From Halogeometricum limi (GTDB lineage: Archaea; Halobacteriota; Halobacteria; Halobacteriales; Haloferacaceae), in assembly GCF_900115785.1 (NCBI RefSeq), contig NZ_FOYS01000001.1:875582-939581 (forward strand): a DNA stretch of 64,000 nt, given 5' to 3'. How positions within the stretch are numbered: the first letter of the stretch is position 1; each line of letters begins with the position of its first letter. Below the pieces are notes generated by a model. The model had not been told where the DNA came from. It worked only from the letters and a program-made list of their open reading frames with translations, and did no database searches. Below, one piece after another: positions 18,132 to 27,422 of this stretch. A program made the translations under genes and the position numbers.

Positions 18132-18911
18132 ATGCCGACACGCGACACACCTCACCTACACGAACACACGACGACGACGGCGAGAGACCGACTGGAAGAC
18201 GCGTCGGTCGCGCTCCTCCCGACCGGCGCGATAGAACAGCACGGCCCCGCGCTCCCCCTCGGAACGGACTACCTCGCCGCGCGCGCCGTCGCCGACGCCG
18301 TCGACCGACCCGACGTGGTGACGCTTCCGCCGGTTCCGGTCGGCGTCAGCGCGCACCACCGGCAGTTCCACGGGACGCTCTCCGTATCGCCGGAGACGTT
18401 CACGGCGTACGTCGAGGAGACGGTGGAGAGCCTCGCCGCCCACGGCGTCCGGAAGGTGGTGTTCGTCAACGGTCACGGCGGGAACGGCGACGCTCTGACC
18501 CGTACCGCCAGACGCCTCCGCGCGAAGGAAGTCGCTTTCGCCGTCCCGTGGAACTGGTGGTCGAACCTCGCGGAGACGACCGAGGACCTGTTCGGAATCG
18601 ACGGTATCGGACACGCCGACGAGGTGGAGTCGAGTCTGGTGTACGCCGTCGCCGCGGAACTGGTCCGAGAGGACGCGCTCGAACGAGCGGAGGACGAGGG
18701 TGCTGATTCGTGGGGCGTCGACGTGGCGGGCGCGTCGCTCCCGTACGACACCGCCGACTTCACCGACAGCGGTGCCGTGGGTCACCCGACGCGGGCGTCG
18801 AAGGAGGCCGGACAGCGCCTGTTCGCGGAGGCGACGGCGGACCTCGAAACGCTCGTCGACTGGCTCGCGGAGCGGTCGTTCGCGTCGCTCTTCCCGCCGG
18901 AGCACCGATGA
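18132..18911 (+). CDS. Creatininase-family amidohydrolase (ArfB-like)
   Basis: Motifs LPTGAIEQHGPALPLGTD and VNGHGGN are characteristic of the creatininase/ArfB family. Confidence 0.8.
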   Translation: MPTRDTPHLHEHTTTTARDRLEDASVALLPTGAIEQHGPALPLGTDYLAARAVADAVDRPDVVTLPPVPVGVSAHHRQFHGTLSVSPETFTAYVEETVESLAAHGVRKVVFVNGHGGNGDALTRTARRLRAKEVAFAVPWNWWSNLAETTEDLFGIDGIGHADEVESSLVYAVAAELVREDALERAEDEGADSWGVDVAGASLPYDTADFTDSGAVGHPTRASKEAGQRLFAEATADLETLVDWLAERSFASLFPPEHR

Positions 18912-20104
18912 CGGGGAAGCGCGACGGCGCGGGTGAGAGCGGCGAGACGGACGACTTCGCTCGGCCGTTCGAGATTCCCGACGGGGCGGGCACCCGAGTC
19001 GCCGTCGTCGGCGCGGGCGCGGTGGGTCTCACGGCCGCGTACGACCTCGCGACGGCGGACGCGTCGGTGACCGTGTACGAACGCGGCGACGTCGGTGCTG
19101 GCTCGTCGGGCCGCGCGGCGGGCATCCTCTACGACGCCTACGCCGAGGACGTCGACGCGCGGATGGCCGCGCGCGCACTCGCCCGATTTCGGGCGTTCGA
19201 CGGCGCGCGCGAGTTCTCGGTGACGTCTTGTCCGTACGTCTTCCTCGCGCACGAGTCCGACGACAGGACGGGCGAGGCAATCGCCGAGACGGCCGCACGG
19301 ATGCGCGTCCACGGCCGCGACGTGACGACGACGGACGGAAGCGGCCTCCGAGAGCGGTTCTGCGACTCGCTCCGAACCGACGACGTGGGCACGGCCGCCG
19401 TCGCCGCCGGGGCACTGTGGACCGACCCCGCCTCCTACGTCGACGCGTTGGCGGGACTCGCGCGCGACGCGGGCGCGGAGATACGCACCGGAGACGCAGT
19501 CGGCGTCCGGACTGACCCGCCGGGCGTCGTCCGCGACGAGGTGGTGACGGAACGCTACGACGCCGTCCTCGTCGCCGCGGGCGCGCACACGAAGCAGATT
19601 CTGGCCGGCGCGGGCGTCCCGATAGCGATGAAGCCGTATCGAGTGCAGGCGCTCGTCAGCGACCGACCGTACGACGGTCCTATCTGTTACGACGCCACGG
19701 AGGGCGCGTACTTCCGGCCGCACCCCGAGGGGTTGCTGGCGGGCGACGGCACCGAACCGGTGGAGGCCGACCCCGACGACTGGCGACGCGAGGGCGACGA
19801 GTGGTTCGTGGACGACGTGACGGACGTCCTCTCGCGGCGGGCGAACTACGACGCCGACGTGTCGCGTGCGTGGGCGGGCCTCTGTACGGCGACGCCGGAC
19901 AGAAATCCGCTCCTCGGACCGGTCGCAGACGGCGTCTACGCGGCGACGGGGTGGCACGGTCACGGCTTCATGTGGTCGCCCGCGTCGGGAGAAGCGGTCG
20001 CGGCCGCGATGCTCGGCGGTGACGTGAATCTGGACCCGTACGACCCCCGACGGTTCGACGGGTCCGAGGAGTTCGAGGTGGTCGAGGGGATGGCCGTCGA
20101 GTGA
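18908..20104 (+). CDS. FAD-dependent oxidoreductase (DAO family)
   Basis: Dinucleotide-binding motif VAVVGAGAVGLTAAYDL. ATGA-coupled to the creatininase-family gene. Confidence 0.75.
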   Translation: MTGKRDGAGESGETDDFARPFEIPDGAGTRVAVVGAGAVGLTAAYDLATADASVTVYERGDVGAGSSGRAAGILYDAYAEDVDARMAARALARFRAFDGAREFSVTSCPYVFLAHESDDRTGEAIAETAARMRVHGRDVTTTDGSGLRERFCDSLRTDDVGTAAVAAGALWTDPASYVDALAGLARDAGAEIRTGDAVGVRTDPPGVVRDEVVTERYDAVLVAAGAHTKQILAGAGVPIAMKPYRVQALVSDRPYDGPICYDATEGAYFRPHPEGLLAGDGTEPVEADPDDWRREGDEWFVDDVTDVLSRRANYDADVSRAWAGLCTATPDRNPLLGPVADGVYAATGWHGHGFMWSPASGEAVAAAMLGGDVNLDPYDPRRFDGSEEFEVVEGMAVE

Positions 20105-20105
20105 C

Positions 20106-20693
20106 CTACTGTCGTTCTTCGGGGTCGTCCGGCGGGGACTCGCCGTCGTCGAGGCCGGCGGAGTGGTCGGCGTCGGCCCCGTCTTCGTCGGCGTCGTTCC
20201 CGTCGCCGGAGTCCGCGTCGACGTCTCCCGCGTCCATCGCGTCTATCTCCGTCGCGGAACTCGTCGCCTCGACGCCGTCGTCTTCCTCGTCGGTGACGGC
20301 GACGTTCTGGGCGCGTTCGTCTTTCGGAATCTCGACGCGGAGCGTCCCGTTCGCGGCGAGCGTCGCCGACGCCTCGGTGGCGTCGACGGCGGCGTCGTCG
20401 GGGAGTTTCGCGCTCCCGTCGAGCGAGAGTCCGCGCCCGGGGAAGCGCATCTCGAACCCCTCGTGGAAGTCGCGGAAGCGGTCGATTCGGACCTGTACTT
20501 CGCCGTCCAAGAAGCGAACCTGCACGTCGCTTCGCTGGACGCCGGGTGCGTCGAAGACGACGAGATAGGCGTCGTCGCTCTCTAAGAGGTCGGACGGGAG
20601 GGGCTTTCGCTCTTGGACGCGACTCACGCCGCGGCCGATGCGTTCGAGGACGTTTCGGGCGGCGGATTCGCCGAACTCTTTGAGTCCGCTCAT
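20106..20693 (-). CDS. Hsp20/alpha-crystallin small heat-shock protein with an acidic C-terminal tail
   Basis: ACD-domain pattern (LVVFDAPGV...VQVRFLDGEVQVRI...GTLRVEIPK). Confidence 0.8.
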   Translation of the reverse strand: MSGLKEFGESAARNVLERIGRGVSRVQERKPLPSDLLESDDAYLVVFDAPGVQRSDVQVRFLDGEVQVRIDRFRDFHEGFEMRFPGRGLSLDGSAKLPDDAAVDATEASATLAANGTLRVEIPKDERAQNVAVTDEEDDGVEATSSATEIDAMDAGDVDADSGDGNDADEDGADADHSAGLDDGESPPDDPEERQ

Positions 20694-20848
20694 AGTTCGA
20701 TGGCTTCGAGGCAGTCGGTCCCTCGGCAGTACGGACAGACGAAGTCCGCCACGCCCACGTCGTCGGGCATGTCGTACGTGTAGTGCATCTCGAACATGTC
20801 CATCTCGCAGTCCGAATCAGTACACTTGACTTCGAGGGTCGCAGGCAT
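20690..20848 (-). CDS. Small CxxC zinc-finger protein (52 aa), co-transcribed with the hsp20 gene
   Basis: CTDSDC...CPYC. ATG at 20848 with a TATA-like GATAAA about 27 nt upstream, suggesting a leaderless transcript. The ORF track extends to a GTG at 20881. Confidence 0.5.
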   Translation of the reverse strand: MPATLEVKCTDSDCEMDMFEMHYTYDMPDDVGVADFVCPYCRGTDCLEAIEL

Positions 20849-20929
20849 GCATAGACGTTGATTCGCCACGCTGATAAACACGCGGGCTTCGGCCCACCTC
20901 GCCGCGGTCGCACGGTCCGGACGGCCGGT

Positions 20930-21520
20930 TCACTCCCGAGCAGACGCCGACGCGAACGCGGCGTCGGCGGCCGAGACGGGCCGCGGTGACTCGGGGGCGT
21001 TCGGCGGGTCGCGGAGTCGCTTTCGGTACCACTCGATGTCGTGCCACGCGCCGAGTTTGAACCCCGCGTCGGGGAACGTGCCGACGTGTTCGAAGCCCAT
21101 CGCCTCGTGGAACGTCGCGCTGTCGGGATTCGGCATCGCGAGGGCGGCGTAGGCGGCGACGTAGCCCTGTTCACGGAGCGTGTCGAACAGACGGTCGTAC
21201 AGTGTGCCGCCGATACCGCCGCGTTGCGCCGACGGGTCGACGTAGACGGAGACCTCGACGGCCCACTGGTAGGCGTCGCGTTCGCGGAGCGTCCCGGCGT
21301 AGGCGTAGCCGACGACCCGACCCTCCGACTCCGCGACGTACCACGGGTACCGGTCCGACGCCAGTTTGCGTCGAACCTTCTCTCGCATCTTCTCGGCCGA
21401 TGGCACTTCCGTGCTGAACGTGACGGGCGTCTCGCGGACGAACGGCGCGTAGATGTCGCGGACGGGGTCTGCGTCGCCCGGTTCGATGGGGCGAACGTCG
21501 ACGGAGTCGTCGTCGCTCAT
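20930..21520 (-). CDS. GNAT-family N-acetyltransferase
   Basis: Acetyl-CoA-binding motif region QRGGIGGTLYDRL. Confidence 0.75.
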   Translation of the reverse strand: MSDDDSVDVRPIEPGDADPVRDIYAPFVRETPVTFSTEVPSAEKMREKVRRKLASDRYPWYVAESEGRVVGYAYAGTLRERDAYQWAVEVSVYVDPSAQRGGIGGTLYDRLFDTLREQGYVAAYAALAMPNPDSATFHEAMGFEHVGTFPDAGFKLGAWHDIEWYRKRLRDPPNAPESPRPVSAADAAFASASARE

Positions 21521-21686
21521 ACGTTCGAGAGGCGGGTGCGCCTACAAACCTCCCTCGGTGACGGCGGTATTGGCTGTGGCGGGGCAGTCGGGGCGAGAGG
21601 TTGAGCGGTCAAGAGACCGAGAGGCTGGGAGACTGTGAGACTGAGAGACCGGGAGGCCTATCTCGCTCGCATCCCGACCCACGACG

Positions 21687-22535
21687 ATGACCGAGTTCGT
21701 CGCTCCCGAGACGGTGTACGGCGTCGACTTCAGCGGCGCGCGCCGCGCCGGCGACTCGATATACGTCGCAGAGGGAGTCGCCGGCGGCCGCCTCTCGATA
21801 CGGTCGTGCGTCGCCGCGCCGGACCTCCTGAACGCGTCCGCCGCCCGCGACGACGTTCTCCCGACGCTCGCTTCGTTCGTCGCGGACGCGGGTCCGCGAA
21901 CGGCGTTCGGCTTCGACTTCTCCTTCGGTCTCCCCTCGTTTCTCCTCGACGCGGCGGGCGTCGAAGCGTGGGAGGCGTTCGTGCGGTGGTTTTCGGACGC
22001 GTTCGACGGGCCGAGCGAGTTCTCCGACTGGGCGCGGGCGGTGGCCGACGGGGAGAACGGAGACCGGACGTACTACGCGAGGGAGACGGACGCCGCCGTC
22101 GGCGCGACGTCGCCCTACCACTTCTTCGTGAAAGCGCAGACGTTCTACGGTATTCGAGACGTCCTCCGCCCCCTCGTCGCCGCCGACGCGACGCGCGTCC
22201 TCCCGATGCAGTCTGCGACGCCCGAGAAACCGTGGGCGCTCGAAGCCTACCCCGCGGCGACGCTGGACCGACTGGGCGCGCACCGAGAGCGGTACAAGAC
22301 GGACGACGAGACGGGGCGGAGACGACGCCGAGCGAACCTCGACGCACTGGCGTCGCTGGACGGCGTCTCGCTCGACTCCGCCGTCCGCGAGACGGCGCTG
22401 GCAGACGCCGACGGCGACGCACTCGACGCCGTCGTCGCCGCGGTGGCGACGTGGCGACACACGAGAGACGGGGCGGGACTGCGACCGGACACCGGCGGGT
22501 CGACGTGGCGGCGCGAGGGACACATCTACGCGTAG
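21687..22535 (+). CDS. Conserved hypothetical protein (DUF429-like)
   Basis: 282-aa ORF. The N-terminal VYGVDFSGA resembles the DUF429 start. The assignment is weak. Confidence 0.5.
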   Translation: MTEFVAPETVYGVDFSGARRAGDSIYVAEGVAGGRLSIRSCVAAPDLLNASAARDDVLPTLASFVADAGPRTAFGFDFSFGLPSFLLDAAGVEAWEAFVRWFSDAFDGPSEFSDWARAVADGENGDRTYYARETDAAVGATSPYHFFVKAQTFYGIRDVLRPLVAADATRVLPMQSATPEKPWALEAYPAATLDRLGAHRERYKTDDETGRRRRRANLDALASLDGVSLDSAVRETALADADGDALDAVVAAVATWRHTRDGAGLRPDTGGSTWRREGHIYA

Positions 22536-22608
22536 GCGGCGGAGTGTCGACGCCGCGGCGCGGTCCGAGGTAGTCACCGTTTTACCCGTCCGTCGTCTCG
22601 TCTCTGCC

Positions 22609-24336
22609 ATGACCGACCCGGCCGACCTCACCGTGACGCTCGTGGACGGCTACGTCGACGAACCGGCGCACTTCGGCGTGCCGCCGTACATCTCGACGTA
22701 CCCGCGCTTTACGGCCGGTGCCATCGTCGACGCCGGCGTCCCCGAGGAGAACGTCACCTACCACACCATCGACGAACTCCGCGACGACAGACAGAAGTGG
22801 GCCGACGTGGCCGACGCGGACCTGATGGTGTACATCGGCGGGATGACCGTCCCCGGCAAGTACGTCGGCGGGACGCCCGCCGAACCCGACGAGGTGCGCG
22901 AACTCGCGTGGACCGCCGACGGCGTCTCCGTCATGGGCGGTCCCATCCGCTTCGGCGTCGGCGAGGAGAACGCCGGCGCACAGGAGATGAAGCGGCAGAA
23001 CCTCGACTACGACTTCCTCGCGATGGCCGACGTAGAGGCGGCCGCGTACGACCTCGTACAGAACGGACTGGAAGGGTTCGACAACCGCTACCGCGACAAC
23101 GACGAGTTGGACCGCTGGGCCGCCAAGGGGGCGTTCGTCGTCGAACAGCACCCCAACCACCCCGACTACCTCATCTGCGAGATGGAGACGTCTCGCGGGT
23201 GTGCGTACCGATGCTCGTTCTGCACCGAACCGATGTACGGCAACCCGGCGTTCCGGACGCCCGAATCCGTCGTCCGCGAAGTCGGCAACCTCGCCGACAG
23301 AGGTGCCAAGCACTTCCGTCTCGGCCGACAGGCGGACATCCTCGCGTTCGGCGGCGACGGCGAGGCGCCGAACCCCGACGCCCTCCGGAAACTCTACGGC
23401 GGCATCCGCGAGGTGGCTCCGGAGTTGGAAACGCTTCACCTCGACAACATGAACCCCATCACGGTGGTGAACTGGCCGGAGAAATCCCGCGAGTGCATCC
23501 GCATCATCGCCGAACACAACACGCCGGGCGACACCGCCGCGTTCGGCCTCGAATCCGCCGACCCCGTCGTACAGGAGGCGAACACGCTCAACGTTACCGC
23601 GGACGAGTGTTTCGAGGCGGTCAAGATAGTGAACGAGGAGGCCGGATGGCGTCCCGGCGAGTCGCCCGCCGACGCGCCGACGCACGGCCCCGACGCGGCG
23701 AATCGGCTCCCGAAACTCCTGCCCGGAATCAACCTCCTACACGGCCTGAAAGGGGAACGCGAGGAGACGTTCGCGCACAACAAGCGCTTCCTCCAACGCG
23801 TCTACGACGCCGGTCTGATGGTCCGCCGAATCAACATCCGGCAGGTGATGGCGTTCGAGGGGACGGAGATGGCCGACGAGGGCGCGAACATCGCGAAGGA
23901 CCACAAGAAACTGTTCCAGCAGTACAAGAAGGAAGTCAGAGAGGAGATAGACCGGCCGATGCTCCGCCGCGTCGCCCCCGCCGGAACCGTCCTCCCGAAC
24001 GTCCATCTGGAGTACCACCAGGACGGCAGGACGTTCGGACGGCAGTTGGGGACGTATCCGCTCCTCGTCGGTATCCCCGGCGAACGCGAACTCGGCCGGA
24101 CCATCGACGTGGCAATCGTCGACCACGGCTATCGCTCCGTCACCGGCGTCCCGCACCCACTCGACCCGAACGAGGCGAGTATGGACGAACTCACTTCGAT
24201 TCCGGGCATCGGCAAGCGCACCGCGGGCGACATCGTCGTCAACCGCCCGTACGCCTCCGCCGACGAGGTGTCCGTCGCGGACGTGGACCTCTCGAAGTTC
24301 ACCGGAAGCTACCCCGTGGAACCGCGGGCGGAGTGA
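22609..24336 (+). CDS. Radical SAM protein with an N-terminal Rossmann-like domain and a C-terminal helix-hairpin-helix
   Basis: CAYRCSFC (CxxxCxxC) radical SAM motif and an HhH motif LTSIPGIGKRTAGDIV. Confidence 0.8.
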   Translation: MTDPADLTVTLVDGYVDEPAHFGVPPYISTYPRFTAGAIVDAGVPEENVTYHTIDELRDDRQKWADVADADLMVYIGGMTVPGKYVGGTPAEPDEVRELAWTADGVSVMGGPIRFGVGEENAGAQEMKRQNLDYDFLAMADVEAAAYDLVQNGLEGFDNRYRDNDELDRWAAKGAFVVEQHPNHPDYLICEMETSRGCAYRCSFCTEPMYGNPAFRTPESVVREVGNLADRGAKHFRLGRQADILAFGGDGEAPNPDALRKLYGGIREVAPELETLHLDNMNPITVVNWPEKSRECIRIIAEHNTPGDTAAFGLESADPVVQEANTLNVTADECFEAVKIVNEEAGWRPGESPADAPTHGPDAANRLPKLLPGINLLHGLKGEREETFAHNKRFLQRVYDAGLMVRRINIRQVMAFEGTEMADEGANIAKDHKKLFQQYKKEVREEIDRPMLRRVAPAGTVLPNVHLEYHQDGRTFGRQLGTYPLLVGIPGERELGRTIDVAIVDHGYRSVTGVPHPLDPNEASMDELTSIPGIGKRTAGDIVVNRPYASADEVSVADVDLSKFTGSYPVEPRAE

Positions 24337-24351
24337 ACAGGTCGCGCGAAC

Positions 24352-24654
24352 TCAGCGACGGGCCGACTCGTCCGAGCGGTGGTCGCCTCCCTCCGCGTCA
24401 GTCTTTCCCGATTCGGGGGCGAGGAGGACGGCGACGCCGACGGTCGGGACGAGAAGCGCGAGCACGGCGAGAAGCAGTATCACCGCCGTCGCCGTCGGTC
24501 CCGAGGCCACGCTGGAGACGACTGCGAGAACCGCGTACAGCGCCACCGGCGCGCCGACAACCGCGAGTGCGACGACGCGCAGTCGCCAGCGGCGACTCTT
24601 CGGGGCGTATCTGCCGAGAAGCGTCGTATCGGGTGCGTCGTGAGACCAGCTCAT
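24352..24654 (-). CDS. Small membrane protein (100 aa, two TM helices)
   Basis: ATG at 24654 and two hydrophobic segments. The ORF track extends further upstream in the same frame. Confidence 0.5.
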   Translation of the reverse strand: MSWSHDAPDTTLLGRYAPKSRRWRLRVVALAVVGAPVALYAVLAVVSSVASGPTATAVILLLAVLALLVPTVGVAVLLAPESGKTDAEGGDHRSDESARR

Positions 24655-24784
24655 TCCATCACAATTAGTAACGAGTGGCAAACAGTTTTCGGTGGTGCGC
24701 GCGGTCGGACCGTTCGGACGGCAGTGATTCCGAGTCGTACCGTGCCGAGCGAACACAGTGAGCGAGGCACGGCCTCTTTTTGGT

Positions 24785-24897
24785 CGAGCTTTTTGCAACG
24801 TTCGCGTGACGCAACGCGTCACGTGAGCCAGCGAGAACGCACTGCGTTCTCGCGAGAGAGGTGCGCCGAAGGCGCACCCGAGTCCGCAAAAAGCTCG
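24785..24897 (-). ncRNA. Candidate structured RNA or DNA element. A 12-bp closing stem (24785-24796 with 24886-24897) encloses three perfect hairpins (24803-24825, 24831-24853, 24859-24879), each with a 3-nt loop.
   Basis: All pairings are read directly from the sequence. The element starts immediately after the TRAM gene stop codon (TAA at 24898-24900 on the minus strand). Confidence 0.4.
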
Positions 24898-25326
24898 TTA
24901 GAAGTCCTCTTCGATGACTTCGCCGACGGCGAAGTTCGACTTGACTTCCGTGACCTCTATCTTCACCCGGTCGCCGACTTCCGCGCCGGGGACGATGATG
25001 ACGTAACCGCGTTCGACGCGGGCGATACCGTCTCCTTGCTTTCCGATGTCTTCTATCTCCACGTACCGGAGTTCACCCACTTCGACGGGGGGTTGCGGTT
25101 CTGACGACGGCGTCGTCTGGGTAGTCGTCTCGCCGGACGACGACTCGTCGATTGCTTCACGAGAGATGAGAGCGACGCGGTACGTCTCGCCGGGTTCGAC
25201 GGTGCCGGCCTCGACTTCGCGCTTCGGAACTTCGACCACGTAGCGGTCGTCCTCCGCGCGCACGTCGGTGTTGAACAGACACAGGAGTTTATCTGAGATT
25301 TCCACCGTATAGACCTCCAGACGCAC
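24898..25326 (-). CDS. TRAM-domain protein (RNA-binding, cold-shock-like)
   Basis: C-terminal GELRYVEIEDIGKQGDGIARVERGYVIIVPGAEVGDRVKIEVTEV matches the TRAM domain. GTG start. Confidence 0.7.
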   Translation of the reverse strand: MRLEVYTVEISDKLLCLFNTDVRAEDDRYVVEVPKREVEAGTVEPGETYRVALISREAIDESSSGETTTQTTPSSEPQPPVEVGELRYVEIEDIGKQGDGIARVERGYVIIVPGAEVGDRVKIEVTEVKSNFAVGEVIEEDF

Positions 25327-25444
25327 GTCTCACGGGAGTGTTAAATGTGTACCGCCGATGTCGGGCGGTTCTGTGACGGGTTCGGGTGGTTCTGCGGTCG
25401 GTCCGCCGGTTCGGCCGTCGCCGCGTCGCGCACCTCGACCGGAC

Positions 25445-26131
25445 TCAGTCCTCGACGGGAGTTCCGTCGGGCCGTTTCGCGCCCTCGGAGTCGTGAACGA
25501 CCACTTCGCCCGGTCCGGTCTCGACCGGAGCGAACTCGTCTCTGACGCCGATGGCCTCCTCTAGTTCCCGGACTGCGCGTTCTTTCAGCGCCGCCGCCAG
25601 TTCCTCGGCGTCCTCGCGCGAGATGTCGCGGCCGAGGCCCTCGCACTCGTGCGCGCGGACCATCCCTTCTTCGTCCACCGCCTCGCCCATCGGCTGACTC
25701 GTCCCGCCGAGAGCGACGCTGAACGGGTACGTCTCGCAGATGAGCGGTCGGTCGGGGTGGACCGAACAGGCCCCCTGCCCGTCGGACTCCTCGTAGAAGA
25801 CGCAGTCGCCGCAGGCGTCGGTCTGAAGCGCCCACTCGAACGTCTCGCCTTCTGGGCCGTCGTCGCCCTCGACGAGGCCGAACGGCATCGGTCGGGCCAC
25901 GTCGCGCCAGTCGAGCGGCGTCTCGGCGGCGTCCTGCACCTCGCGTACCTCGTCGGGAAACACCGTCGCGGTGTGGGGCTCCGTCTCGTCGCCGGCGTCG
26001 TGGCCCGTACAGCAGGCCCCGCAGCGAGTGCACTCGAAGCCGAGAGATTCGATGGCGTCTGCGAGGTCCGAGACCGAGAGGTCGCGGGCGCGTTCGAGTT
26101 CGTCTTCCAACGTGGGACCGGCGTGGCTCAC
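25445..26131 (-). CDS. YkgJ-family cysteine-cluster protein (UPF0153)
   Basis: CTRCGACC signature (CxxCGxCC). Confidence 0.7.
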   Translation of the reverse strand: MSHAGPTLEDELERARDLSVSDLADAIESLGFECTRCGACCTGHDAGDETEPHTATVFPDEVREVQDAAETPLDWRDVARPMPFGLVEGDDGPEGETFEWALQTDACGDCVFYEESDGQGACSVHPDRPLICETYPFSVALGGTSQPMGEAVDEEGMVRAHECEGLGRDISREDAEELAAALKERAVRELEEAIGVRDEFAPVETGPGEVVVHDSEGAKRPDGTPVED

Positions 26132-26168
26132 ACCGGCAGTCGGTGCGTGACCGGCAAAACCCCCTCGA

Positions 26169-26981
26169 TTACGCGAGTTCGACGCGGTGGGTGTTCGACT
26201 GGTATCGGAGGCGTCCCTCGGCGGCGAGTTTCTGAACGTGCGCGATGACCGTCGCGCGGGCCAGGTCGCGGACGCCCGAGAGGTCCTTCTCGTAGGCGAC
26301 GTCCAGTATCTCCTCGACGTCGCGCGCGCCGGCGGTCACGGCGTCGAAGACACGTTTCTCGCGGTCGATTCGGTGCCGAATCAGCCGTTCGCAGGTCGCT
26401 TTCGAGTCGTGGACGACGGGGCCGTGGCCCGGATACAGCGCCGGGGGGTCTCTGGCGAACAGGCGGCGGAGGGCGACGAGGTACGCGCGGACGTTCCCCT
26501 CGGGTGCGCCGACGACGACGCTCCCGTCGGCGACGACGACGTCGCCGCAGAGGACGCCGAAGTCGCCCTCGAACGCGACGTGGTCGGGCGCGTGGCCCGG
26601 CACGTCGAGGACGGTGACGCTCGTCTCGCCGAGCGGAATCGTCTCGCCTTCGGCGAACGTGCGGTCCGGTTCGACGCCCGTGACGTCGGAAAAGCGGAGT
26701 TCGCGGCCGCGACGGCACCACACCGCCGCGCCCGTCTCCTCGGCGTACGCCTTGACGGCCCCGGTGTGGTCGGGGTGCGTGTGCGTCACTGCGATGTGCT
26801 CGACGGTCGTCTCGGAGACGAGTTCGTCGAGTTCGTCGGTTCGGCCCGCCGGGTCGACGAGGAGTGCCTCGTCGGACCCGACGAGATACGCGTTCGTCGC
26901 TCCCGCGGGCGCACGGGTGACGATCGGAACCGATGCGCGGATGAGTGGAGTCACGACTCGCGGTATGGGGGGGTGTCGCAA
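26169..26981 (-). CDS. MBL-fold metallo-hydrolase
   Basis: HTHPDH (HxHxDH) motif. Confidence 0.8.
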   Translation of the reverse strand: MRHPPIPRVVTPLIRASVPIVTRAPAGATNAYLVGSDEALLVDPAGRTDELDELVSETTVEHIAVTHTHPDHTGAVKAYAEETGAAVWCRRGRELRFSDVTGVEPDRTFAEGETIPLGETSVTVLDVPGHAPDHVAFEGDFGVLCGDVVVADGSVVVGAPEGNVRAYLVALRRLFARDPPALYPGHGPVVHDSKATCERLIRHRIDREKRVFDAVTAGARDVEEILDVAYEKDLSGVRDLARATVIAHVQKLAAEGRLRYQSNTHRVELA

Positions 26982-27060
26982 AACGATACTGATGTGAGCG
27001 AACGCGGGATGGCTTGGTCAGTCGCGTCTTCGGCCGCCGTCGCTCACACCGTCTCGCTGT

Positions 27061-27357
27061 CTACGTGTTGAGGAAGTAGACTTGCTTCCGAGCGTCTTTG
27101 AAACTGTAGCGCGACCCGACGAGGTCCGCCTCTTCGAGTCGGTTGAGCGCGTAGCGTACGGTCCGGTCGGGAAGCAGCGAGTCCTCGGCGAGTTGTCCCT
27201 GTGACAACGGTGCGTCGCCCTCTAACACTTTGGCGACGAGTTTCGCACTGGGAGGGAGTTCGCGGAGTCGCTCGCGGAACTCGGTCTCCGAGAGGGGGTC
27301 CTCACGGTTCATCTCTGCGGTAGTGGTGCTCATACTCCACGAGAACGCGTAGTCCAT
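27061..27357 (-). CDS. Winged helix-turn-helix transcriptional regulator
   Basis: wHTH pattern SQGQLAEDSLLPDRTVRYALNRLEEADLV. The start may be the internal ATG at 27333. Confidence 0.6.
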   Translation of the reverse strand: MDYAFSWSMSTTTAEMNREDPLSETEFRERLRELPPSAKLVAKVLEGDAPLSQGQLAEDSLLPDRTVRYALNRLEEADLVGSRYSFKDARKQVYFLNT

Positions 27358-27422
27358 GGTAAAGCTTGGCTACAAGTGTGTCAAAACAATCCAGACACAT
27401 AATACACAAATAAGGCCGTATA

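Noticed and set aside
22797-24668. 623-aa Arg-rich ORF overlapping the radical SAM gene
   Set aside because: Alternative frame of a well-supported gene. The composition is non-protein-like.
24785-24897. Cloverleaf-like four-stem structure as a possible tRNA
   Set aside because: The stems are 8-12 bp with 3-nt loops, and there are no conserved T-loop, D-loop or anticodon-loop features. This is not tRNA geometry, so it is kept as an unknown structured element.
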